Below, in pieces: positions 1-8,299 of a stretch of DNA of 64,000 nt. Origin of the DNA: Escherichia phage LPEK22; the sequence record OK283619.1. The stretch is one strand, 5' to 3'. Under the pieces are notes generated by a model. It had not been told where the DNA came from, did not search any database, and worked only from the letters and a program-made list of their open reading frames with translations. A program made the position numbers and the translations under genes. The stretch's first letter is position 1, and each line of letters begins with the position of its first letter.

Positions 1-3000
1 CCTTCCCCTACGCGTATTGGGGATTCCGTTACTATTTGTGATGCTTATGGGAAATTTGCCACTTACCCATTGACCGTGTCTCCTTCTGGAAATAATTTGT
101 ATGGCTCCACTGAAGACATGGCTATAACAACTGATAACGTATCAGCAACGTTCACTTGGTCTGGACCTGAACAAGGTTGGGTTATCACATCCGGCGTCGG
201 TCTTGGCCAAGGCCGTGTCTACAGTCGTGAAATCTTTACACAAATTTTGGCGTCTGAAACAAGTGCTGTCACTCTCAATACTCCACCAACAATCGTGGAC
301 GTGTATGCTGACGGAAAACGTCTTGCGGAATCCAAATATTCACTAGATGGGAATGTAATCACTTTCAGTCCTTCTTTGCCAGCCAACACAGAACTTCAGG
401 TGATTGAATATACTCCGATTCAATTGGGTAATGGCGGTGGTTCTGGTTCTTCTACGATTACCTGGGTCTATAATGGGGGTTCAGCGATTGGCGGTGAAAC
501 CGAAATCACGTTAGACATCGTTGTTGATGATGTTCCGGCCATTGATATAAACGGAAGTCGCCAGTATAAAAATCTGGGGTTCACATTCGATCCATTAACC
601 AGTAAAATCACTCTTGCGCAAGAACTGGATGCAGAGGATGAAGTTGTTGTAATTATCAATGGAACGCCAAACATCTATAATCAAATTGATTATACTTTGC
701 GGGAAGTGGCTCGTGTAACCAATGTTAAAGATACAGAGGTCGTTTATTTTAGTGTTGGTGCTGTGTTAAGCGGGTATAAAGTTATCTACGATAAAATAAC
801 ACAGAGATCATATTTTATTCCAGAGTTACCGACTGGAACCACGGCAGTCAGCCTTAGTTCTTCGGCTGTGCTTGTACATTCTGCTGGTAGTGTTGATCTG
901 GGCGCATTAGCTGTATCTCGTGAAGAATATGTTACCTTGGCTGGGACATTTGATTCTGGTGCTGTCATCAATACTAAAAATGAATTACTCACCCATACTG
1001 ATGGAAAGTATCGTTGGGATGGTACACTTCCTAAAACTGTAGCTGCTGGCTCAACACCTGCAACAACTGGAGGCGTTGGTTCGGGAGCGTGGTTGAGTGT
1101 TGGTGATGCCACTGCCCGCCAGTGGGTAGCTAATAATTATATCAATAGTAAATTCGAGAAGTTTGGGTCTTTCTTGCAAGGTTCAGTTTTAACCACCAAC
1201 GAGCAAGCTCTTGTTGATTCAAGTGGTCTTTTCTGGGTTAAATATGGTGCTATACAAAGTGGTGGTTATACAGTAGCGCCGGGAACTGTTCCAGACTATC
1301 CCGATTTTTACTGTGTTGGATATTTAACAGATTATGATTGGCAGTCTGTTACAAACTGGGGTGCTGATAACAACTATTCTATCGCAGATAAGATCGGTGT
1401 AGACGCGGTCGATGCTATAAACCTCGCAGGTTATCATGCGGAGAAACGTGCGGAACTATTCGGATCCCAGCAAGTTGTCATGGTTCCTGCTGGCACTTAT
1501 CTGTTGGATAAAACGACTCTTGTGGAAGGCACGGCGCATGGTCTGACTATTTATCGTAATCAGGAAGTTATGATTTTTCTTCGCAACAACGTTACTTTCA
1601 TCGGCGATGGCGACGCAACGTTACTGTATGTTGCCGATGGTGTTGTTGAGCGCAATAAGGAAAACGGGGGCACTAAAGGCTTTGTAGTTTTCGGTGATGG
1701 TATTCGTGAAATTCAGAACGCATATGTCCACGATATGCTAATTGATGAAAATGGTGACAATAACCTTGTCCCGCCATTGAACTGGTCTGGAGCACAAGCT
1801 CATTGTCCAGCAGTAGCTTGTTACGAAGGTAGTAATGGTGTGACTGTTTCTGGAGTTAACGTCAAGAATGCTCCTGGTGCAAACGTAATGGTATTCCAGG
1901 AAGCTCAGGCAGCGTTCAACAGCTACAATACGCGTGTAGAGAATTGCAACTTCTATCGCGTTGCTGACGCTGTGACTGGAAACAGTAACCTAATAGACCA
2001 CTCATCAATAAGAATTCATTCCGATGGCTACGTTATAAATAACGTTAAATGTATCCAGCCAACCATGTCAGACATGTGTACGGTATTTGAGTGTCATGGT
2101 AATGGGATCGTTGATGGATGCATCACCAAAAAAGCTCGCTACCCATTCCTGAAGGCTAACGACGGTGCTACATCGACATCTATAGTCACCTTCACAAATA
2201 ACGTCTGTGAGGACGCAGGTAGTGCTTTGGTTCTGGATACCGTACCTAACGTTACAACTGTTGCCAGATTTATTGGTAATACTGTAACGCTACGATCAGA
2301 AAAGCAAGTTATCGGGTATCCTAATACTGCGGCATTCACAACACAGCAGCCGTCTGTTTTGTCATCTGACCCAACCACTATTAATGCAATTATTTACTCT
2401 GCAAATAATAACATATTGCAAAAAAACAGAGCCGCAGATTGGACAACTGAACAAAAAGCTGCAAACGTTGCTTATGACCTGGACTATTTCAAAGAAGTTG
2501 TTAGTGAAAATAACACTTTCTCAGGTTTTTGGGGGTGTGTTCGCTTGGGTAAACAAAAAACAGGTGCTACTTTCAACAGCAATGACTCTTTTGTCTCTTG
2601 CGGGACCAACGGTTCACCTCAATTATCAGACAACACAGCCATAAGGTTTACCAATAAATTTGCCAACGATTATCTTGTTCACCTTGATGAAATGCATATT
2701 AAATGGAATATGACAAAATGTCAGTTTGGTGGTGTCCTGGGTTTATTGCAACAAGCAGCAGGAGTGACTGTTGGTGTTGTGCAATTCACTGCTGATATTA
2801 AAACAGATAGATGGATGCATCCAGCGCTTGGGATAGCTCCACTATCCGTACAGGATTACTACTTCAACATTGATGTATACAGTGATGTGAATACCAGTGA
2901 ACCTTTATACGGATACGCTGGTATTCATGGGCAAATTAATGTTGACTCGCCAACTCAACCATATGTTAAACAATTTTACAAATACAAACCAAACACCCAG

Positions 3001-3168
3001 AATGGATGGTGGTTTAAAGGCATTTTAGCAACTGACACAACTTCTGTTCCTGACAGGCCTTTTGGTAATGCGTCTGGTGACAGATATGATGTTATTGCTG
3101 GGGCATCAAATATTTTCGGGTATCGACATAATGGTACAACATGGGATGCAATGAAATTTACATCATAG
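1..3168 (+). CDS. Tailspike protein, 5'-partial (reading frame open to window start; track start at 70 is a TTG). Long N-terminal extension, then the shared anchor module, then a C-terminal domain.
   Basis: Frame has no stop from nt 1. Residues about 236-370 (VKDTEVVYFSVG...YRWDGTLPK...GAWLSVGDA) are about 70 percent identical to the N-termini of the ORFs at 3272 and 8300. Beta-helix or depolymerase fold of the C-terminal part is assumed, not shown. Confidence 0.75.
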   Translation, partial: PSPTRIGDSVTICDAYGKFATYPLTVSPSGNNLYGSTEDMAITTDNVSATFTWSGPEQGWVITSGVGLGQGRVYSREIFTQILASETSAVTLNTPPTIVDVYADGKRLAESKYSLDGNVITFSPSLPANTELQVIEYTPIQLGNGGGSGSSTITWVYNGGSAIGGETEITLDIVVDDVPAIDINGSRQYKNLGFTFDPLTSKITLAQELDAEDEVVVIINGTPNIYNQIDYTLREVARVTNVKDTEVVYFSVGAVLSGYKVIYDKITQRSYFIPELPTGTTAVSLSSSAVLVHSAGSVDLGALAVSREEYVTLAGTFDSGAVINTKNELLTHTDGKYRWDGTLPKTVAAGSTPATTGGVGSGAWLSVGDATARQWVANNYINSKFEKFGSFLQGSVLTTNEQALVDSSGLFWVKYGAIQSGGYTVAPGTVPDYPDFYCVGYLTDYDWQSVTNWGADNNYSIADKIGVDAVDAINLAGYHAEKRAELFGSQQVVMVPAGTYLLDKTTLVEGTAHGLTIYRNQEVMIFLRNNVTFIGDGDATLLYVADGVVERNKENGGTKGFVVFGDGIREIQNAYVHDMLIDENGDNNLVPPLNWSGAQAHCPAVACYEGSNGVTVSGVNVKNAPGANVMVFQEAQAAFNSYNTRVENCNFYRVADAVTGNSNLIDHSSIRIHSDGYVINNVKCIQPTMSDMCTVFECHGNGIVDGCITKKARYPFLKANDGATSTSIVTFTNNVCEDAGSALVLDTVPNVTTVARFIGNTVTLRSEKQVIGYPNTAAFTTQQPSVLSSDPTTINAIIYSANNNILQKNRAADWTTEQKAANVAYDLDYFKEVVSENNTFSGFWGCVRLGKQKTGATFNSNDSFVSCGTNGSPQLSDNTAIRFTNKFANDYLVHLDEMHIKWNMTKCQFGGVLGLLQQAAGVTVGVVQFTADIKTDRWMHPALGIAPLSVQDYYFNIDVYSDVNTSEPLYGYAGIHGQINVDSPTQPYVKQFYKYKPNTQNGWWFKGILATDTTSVPDRPFGNASGDRYDVIAGASNIFGYRHNGTTWDAMKFTS

Positions 3169-3170
3169 TA

Positions 3171-3198
3171 AAAACCCCGCTTCGGCGGGGTTCTTATT
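3171..3198 (+). terminator. Rho-independent terminator after the first tailspike gene
   Basis: ccccgcttcggcgggg hairpin plus ttcttatt. Confidence 0.75.
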
Positions 3199-3231
3199 AT
3201 ATCCATGTTTATAAAATTTTGTTAATTCAGA

Positions 3232-3238
3232 CTAAATA
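3232..3238 (+). promoter_or_regulatory. Late-promoter-like motif CTAAATA(cc) upstream of a tailspike gene
   Basis: T4 late promoters are TATAAATA. The variant [C/T]TAAATAcc recurs upstream of many late genes in this window. Confidence 0.45.
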
Positions 3239-3271
3239 CCCCATATTGGTCATCCTTTATGGGGTATTATC

Positions 3272-5368
3272 ATGATTTCTCAATTCAATCAACCACGCGG
3301 CTCCACTTCCATAGAAGTTAACAAACAATCTATCGCTCGAAATTTCGGTGTCAAAGAAGACGAAGTCATTTATTTCACTGTCGGTATTGATCTCAGCGGA
3401 TTTAAAGTAATTTATGATGAGTCTACCCAACGGGCTTATTCTCTTCCTTCAGGTATTGTTTCAGGAACGACTGCGATAAGTCTGAACGAACAAGCCATCC
3501 TTACTCATTCTTCTGGCTCTGTTGATCTCGGGGAATTAGCAGTAAGCCGCGAAGAATATGTGACTTTACCTGGTTCTTTTAATTTCGGCCATACTATTAA
3601 TGTGAAAAATGAACTTCTTGTTCACGATGATGAAAAATATCGATGGGATGGTGCATTACCTAAAGTTGTTCCTGCTGGTTCAACTCCAGCATCAACTGGT
3701 GGCGTTGGTTTAGGTGCTTGGGTTAGTGTTGGTGATGCTGCATTTAGGCAGGAAGCTAATAAGAAATTCAAATATTCAGTAAAGTTATCTGATTATTCTA
3801 CATTACAGGATGCAGCGACAGCAGCCGTAGATGGATTGCTTATTGATGTTGACTACACTTTTACTGCAGATGAGAATGTAGATTTTAGCGGTAAAGTTTT
3901 AATCATTGAATGCAAAGGAAAATTCATTGGCGATGGTATGTTGGTTTGGAATGGTTTGGGTGCGGGCTCAGTAATTAAGAAACCGCACATGCATACTAAA
4001 ACTACGCCGTATACTGTTTACCGATTCGATGCAAACGGTAATTGGGTTACAGACCCAACACAAGTTCTGGCATCTGTTCAGCAGCGTTTGGATGTTGGAT
4101 ATAAGCCAAATATTAACGATTTAGATATTTGGGACGACCTTCCTGATAATGTAAAAAATCAGGTTGCTGGTGCTACTTTGCGAATAATGAGCGGCGATAA
4201 TATCATCGTAGAGAACCCAGAAGCTACATTTGGTGGTTATCTATTTACTTTATGTAATAGGATTCTTGTTAAGAATCCACGCAATTTTATTGCTTTGGAA
4301 TCGGGCATTACATTTGAGAACCATCATACAACTGCATGGGGTACTGGCAACTGGGTTGTTGGGGGTGAGATAAAATATGGCTCTGGTTCCGCTGTACTGT
4401 TCATTCGCAATGATGGTGGTACAGACCATGATGGTGGAGTAAGGGATTTAATCTCATACCGTGTTGGAGAATCAGGTATTAAAACCTATCAGAACGAAAT
4501 TGGAGGTCGTTCAGCCAGGAACTACCGTTTAGTGTTCGACAATATAACTACAATCCAGTGTTACTATGATGGTATTGATGTTAATGCTGACACAGGGTCG
4601 CCAACTGAACGTGTGGATGACTACTCACTCGCAGAGTATCCATGGTTCCACCTACCTACTCAACATATCATCCGTAATATTATTACTCGTGATTGTATGG
4701 GGATTGGTGCTTGGTGGGATGGTCAGAAAAATATTATTGATAATGTTGTTACTTATGAGGCCCATAAGGAAGGCGTCTTCGATAGGGGTACTAACAATGA
4801 TATTACTAACATTACTGTAGTAGGTGCGAATAAGGATTTAACTAACCTAAATCAGCTTACCTGTGAGGGAGGTAGTAGACTTCGTGGTATTAACATCCAT
4901 GCATATACTACACAAGGTTACGCTATATACGCTCCGTCTTCAGAAGTAAGTAATGTTTCCTGTGCTGGTTCCGGTACTAAGAAATTACTATGTACCTATA
5001 TAAGCGATATTCAGGGAGGTAATATCAATGTTCAGCATAGTGCCAACCAAATGACACTTGCAATGCAACCTGCTATGGGTGGTACTACAAACCCATCTTT
5101 GCTTATGACGGCAGATTGCCAGGTTGCTACACCAGGGGGTGAGGCAAGTATTGTCAAGCTTTCGGCAATTCAGGAGGGTGTACGTGTAGGTGAGTTTCAG
5201 CTTAACCGCTTAGGCTTTAAGCATATGAGTATACCTGCTGCCCCTTTACAATTACCAGAGAGCGCTCTGGAACATAATTCATCTATAGGATTCTTCTTCG
5301 GAAGTGACGGAGCATTGAGGTTGCTTGCTAAAAAACCAGATGGAAGTTATGTAACATACACACTTTAA
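3272..5368 (+). CDS. Tailspike protein (698 aa) with N-terminal shared anchor module
   Basis: ATG start. N-terminal 150 aa (VKEDEVIYFTVG...YRWDGALPKVVPAGSTPASTGGVGLGAWVSVGDA) matches the module in the other tailspikes. Preceded by terminator and late-promoter-like motif. Confidence 0.8.
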   Translation: MISQFNQPRGSTSIEVNKQSIARNFGVKEDEVIYFTVGIDLSGFKVIYDESTQRAYSLPSGIVSGTTAISLNEQAILTHSSGSVDLGELAVSREEYVTLPGSFNFGHTINVKNELLVHDDEKYRWDGALPKVVPAGSTPASTGGVGLGAWVSVGDAAFRQEANKKFKYSVKLSDYSTLQDAATAAVDGLLIDVDYTFTADENVDFSGKVLIIECKGKFIGDGMLVWNGLGAGSVIKKPHMHTKTTPYTVYRFDANGNWVTDPTQVLASVQQRLDVGYKPNINDLDIWDDLPDNVKNQVAGATLRIMSGDNIIVENPEATFGGYLFTLCNRILVKNPRNFIALESGITFENHHTTAWGTGNWVVGGEIKYGSGSAVLFIRNDGGTDHDGGVRDLISYRVGESGIKTYQNEIGGRSARNYRLVFDNITTIQCYYDGIDVNADTGSPTERVDDYSLAEYPWFHLPTQHIIRNIITRDCMGIGAWWDGQKNIIDNVVTYEAHKEGVFDRGTNNDITNITVVGANKDLTNLNQLTCEGGSRLRGINIHAYTTQGYAIYAPSSEVSNVSCAGSGTKKLLCTYISDIQGGNINVQHSANQMTLAMQPAMGGTTNPSLLMTADCQVATPGGEASIVKLSAIQEGVRVGEFQLNRLGFKHMSIPAAPLQLPESALEHNSSIGFFFGSDGALRLLAKKPDGSYVTYTL

Positions 5369-5380
5369 TTTATCTTGAGC

Positions 5381-5409
5381 AAAAACCCCGCTTTGGCGGG
5401 GTTCTTATT
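5381..5409 (+). terminator. Rho-independent terminator after the second tailspike gene
   Basis: ccccgctttggcgggg hairpin plus ttcttatt. Confidence 0.75.
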
Positions 5410-5441
5410 ATACCTTTGTTCATAAATTTTATTAGTTCAGA

Positions 5442-5448
5442 CTAAATA
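5442..5448 (+). promoter_or_regulatory. Late-promoter-like motif CTAAATA(cc)
   Basis: Same motif, upstream of the third tailspike gene. Confidence 0.45.
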
Positions 5449-5483
5449 CCCCATATTGGCAAATCCTTATGGGGTATTTTCAA

Positions 5484-8249
5484 ATGACCAGAAATGTAGA
5501 AGAATTATTCGGCGGCGTAATCACAGCTCCCCACCAGATTCCTTTCACGTATAAATCAAATGTCGGTGGAGAAACTTTCCTTTCTTTGCCGTTCCATCCC
5601 GTCACTGGTGTTATCACAATCAACGGTGGTATGCAAGTTCCGTTAGACAACTTTGAAATCGAAGGAAATACATTGAATCTCGGACGCGCATTGTCCAAAG
5701 GCGATGTTGTGTATTGCTTATTCGATAAAATTCTTTCGCCAGAAGATACAGCCAAAGGTATCCGCATATACAAATTTCAGGCCGTAGGAGGTGAAACCGA
5801 GTTCACTCCTGATTTCACATCTTATGGAGTCCAATCTCTTTATATCGGTGGCGAGTACAAAACCCCCGAAATTGAATATTCCTATGACAGTACGACAGGA
5901 AAAGTATCTTTGCAAACTGCACTGACTGCAGGCGTTTGGGTAGTCGCTGAAATGTCTGTTAAACAACCGAATATCAGTCCGGCGTTTGACCGAAGTATTC
6001 AAGAAATCGCCCGTTCTGCTAATGTAAAAGACTCTGAAGTCATCGTTAGTACGGACACCATATCTTTGTTGGATGGGAAGAAAGTTGTTTATGACATAGC
6101 GGCGCAAACCAGTTATGGTTTACCAACCATTCCTGATGGTTCTGTCATTTCTTCTGTATCTGCTGGGAAATTGAATTACAATCCAGGTGATGTGCAGGTT
6201 GATTTGTTGCCTTTAGAAGATTCATTTATTAATGTGATAAACACTCTGGGGCGAAATGATGGTGCCAAGTATATTGGAGAATGCCATTCTGTTGCTGATC
6301 TCAGGAATACTGAACCCACTATGGATGGACAACGCATTATTCTTAAGCAACACACTGCGGGTACTCTTCTTGGTGGAGGGGTATTCCGTGCGTTAATTGA
6401 TGGTACAGGAAAGACTGATAATAACGGTACTGTGATCAAAACTGTTGGCGGCGCAGCATGGTTACGTGTTAATGCTGATAGAGTTAACCCATTCATGTTT
6501 GGTGCTTTGGGTGGTTCTAATGATGATACTATTCCAGTACAATCTTGTGTGGATAGTGGTAAGGCCACACAATTAACTGGTGTACATTACGTTAGCAATA
6601 TCCAGTTAAAATATAATACGTCGTCTATTTATGGGTCTGGATTACATTACTCAAGGTTGCATCAGTTGCCTTCTGCTACTGGGAATTGTATTACCATAAA
6701 AGATACATGCTCCCTTATTGTATTAGACGCCTTTGGGGTATATGGCACAGGTGCACAACAAGGCACGTCATTTACTGCGGGCACAACAGGTATCTATGTA
6801 GAAACTCCTTCAGGTCTCTCAGCCGATTATCCGTTCCACACTACCGCAGACCCAAGACGGGACTTGTGTATTTCTAAGGTCCATATAGCAGGTTTTGATG
6901 AATATGGGTTAAATATTGATAGTGGTAACTTTAGTGTTACTACAGATTCTCTTTTAGTCAACCACATCAATCAGGTGGGTGTCCGTTGTGCTACTACTGA
7001 TTGGACTTGGACAAATATCCAGGTTAATACCTGCGGTAAACAATGTCTAGTTCTTGATGGTTGTGGTAATGGTCGTATTATTGGCGGTAAATTCATTTGG
7101 GCTAACTGGCAACCTTATGGTACAGTAGGACAGTTCCCAGGCATTACTATTAATAACAGCCAGAATATGGTTATTAATGGTATTGAGGTACAAGATTGTG
7201 GCGGGAATGGTATTGAGATTAGCGAGTCATATTCAATTTCCATGAACGGATTGAACACCAATCGTAACGGCATCAATGCTAACAACACTTTCTACAACAT
7301 CGTATTTAACAAAAGTGATGCAGTTATCAACGGATTCGTAGGACTCAATTATGCCGCGAATAGTGGTTCAGGTGCTAACTCTAGTGCAGGCAATTTTCAG
7401 TTCCTGTCTAATGATTGTAGTGTCACCATTAATGGTGTGGTTGAGACTGGTTATATGGGCATTAACTTTATTGGTGATAACAATATTATCAACCCCACCA
7501 ATTCCGACCTGAGCATTAACGGATTGGTTAATTATTCCAAGACTGGTTTGCAAACCATGAACGAGACCCCTACATTTGATGGTGTTAGCACTACACCTGT
7601 TTATGTAAGTGTCCCATCTTCTGTAGGGCAAGTAAATGGTCTGAGACTATCACAAGCCAACAAAGATAAATTACTGTATTCAAGAACAGCAGGTCCAGAA
7701 GGTATTACCATGGCTGCTGTTGTAGTACCCACCATATCTGGAGCTGAAGTATTTAACTTCATGGCCATTGGTTCAGGGTTTAGTGATACATCCAACAGTC
7801 TTCATCTTCAATTAGTTATAGACGCTTCTGGAAAACAAACAATTGCTTTGCTATTGGGGGGCGATGGTACAACCCAAATTTTATCTGGGGATTTACCTAA
7901 CGACCTTAAACTACAAAGTGGTGTACCATATCATATAGCTATTGGTGCTAAACCTGGATATTTCTGGTGGAGTATTCTTAATATTCAGACGGGTAAGAGA
8001 ATCAGACGGTCATTCCGAGGCGCTTATTTAGCCGTACCATTTAATTCTATATTCGGATTAACTTCTTCATTAACATTCTTCTCGGATAGCAATGCTGGTG
8101 GGGATGCTTGTTCTGGGGTGGGCGCTAAAGTGTATGTTGGTATGTTCTCTTCCGAGAACGATTATGTAGCTTCACGATACTACAATCTGATTAATCCGGT
8201 AGACCCTACTAAGTTAATTAGTTACCGTATATTGGATTCTTCTATTTAA
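5484..8249 (+). CDS. Tailspike protein (about 921 aa) with N-terminal extension and a diverged anchor module
   Basis: ATG at 5484 preferred over the in-frame ATG at 5469, which lies inside the upstream hairpin. Residues about 180-250 (ANVKDSEVIV...VVYDIAAQTSYGLP) are a diverged copy of the module. C-terminal domain fold not verified. Confidence 0.7.
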   Translation: MTRNVEELFGGVITAPHQIPFTYKSNVGGETFLSLPFHPVTGVITINGGMQVPLDNFEIEGNTLNLGRALSKGDVVYCLFDKILSPEDTAKGIRIYKFQAVGGETEFTPDFTSYGVQSLYIGGEYKTPEIEYSYDSTTGKVSLQTALTAGVWVVAEMSVKQPNISPAFDRSIQEIARSANVKDSEVIVSTDTISLLDGKKVVYDIAAQTSYGLPTIPDGSVISSVSAGKLNYNPGDVQVDLLPLEDSFINVINTLGRNDGAKYIGECHSVADLRNTEPTMDGQRIILKQHTAGTLLGGGVFRALIDGTGKTDNNGTVIKTVGGAAWLRVNADRVNPFMFGALGGSNDDTIPVQSCVDSGKATQLTGVHYVSNIQLKYNTSSIYGSGLHYSRLHQLPSATGNCITIKDTCSLIVLDAFGVYGTGAQQGTSFTAGTTGIYVETPSGLSADYPFHTTADPRRDLCISKVHIAGFDEYGLNIDSGNFSVTTDSLLVNHINQVGVRCATTDWTWTNIQVNTCGKQCLVLDGCGNGRIIGGKFIWANWQPYGTVGQFPGITINNSQNMVINGIEVQDCGGNGIEISESYSISMNGLNTNRNGINANNTFYNIVFNKSDAVINGFVGLNYAANSGSGANSSAGNFQFLSNDCSVTINGVVETGYMGINFIGDNNIINPTNSDLSINGLVNYSKTGLQTMNETPTFDGVSTTPVYVSVPSSVGQVNGLRLSQANKDKLLYSRTAGPEGITMAAVVVPTISGAEVFNFMAIGSGFSDTSNSLHLQLVIDASGKQTIALLLGGDGTTQILSGDLPNDLKLQSGVPYHIAIGAKPGYFWWSILNIQTGKRIRRSFRGAYLAVPFNSIFGLTSSLTFFSDSNAGGDACSGVGAKVYVGMFSSENDYVASRYYNLINPVDPTKLISYRILDSSI

Positions 8250-8299
8250 AAAATACACCCCTCTTAGGAGGGGCTTACTAGAAAAACAAAGAGGTATGT

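Larger units (their letters stand above)
3169..3271 (+). repeat. Intergenic cassette copy A (terminator, late-promoter-like motif, 10-bp-stem hairpin)
   Basis: About 85 percent identical over about 100 bp to copy B at 5378-5483. Hairpin ataccccata (3236-3245) / tatggggtat (3258-3267). Confidence 0.8.
5378..5483 (+). repeat. Intergenic cassette copy B
   Basis: Same element as 3169-3271. Hairpin arms at 5446-5455 and 5468-5477. Confidence 0.8.

Noticed and set aside
70-72. Track start of the first ORF at nt 70
   Set aside because: Codon 70-72 is TTG and the frame is open back to nt 1 with no stop, so the gene is 5'-truncated by the window edge and does not start here.
468-1112. Minus-strand track ORFs (468-674, 786-1112) and similar antisense or alternative-frame ORFs inside large genes, for example 2139-2378, 4566-4820, 5480-6568, 12163-14803, 19386-20066, 22594-23247, 24603-25208, 28888-29673, 45416-45964
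   Set aside because: They are fully embedded in long forward ORFs that have clear homology and phage-like codon usage, lack RBS or start context, and are typical shadow ORFs.
5469-5483. Upstream in-frame ATG at 5469 for the third tailspike gene
   Set aside because: It lies inside the 3' arm of the conserved hairpin. By analogy with the copy before 3272, the ATG at 5484 is the more likely start. This remains uncertain.
8258-8280. Hairpin cccctc ttag gagggg after the third tailspike gene as a terminator
   Set aside because: Good stem but no downstream T-run (cttactag follows). Likely a structural element or weak attenuator; not called as a terminator.
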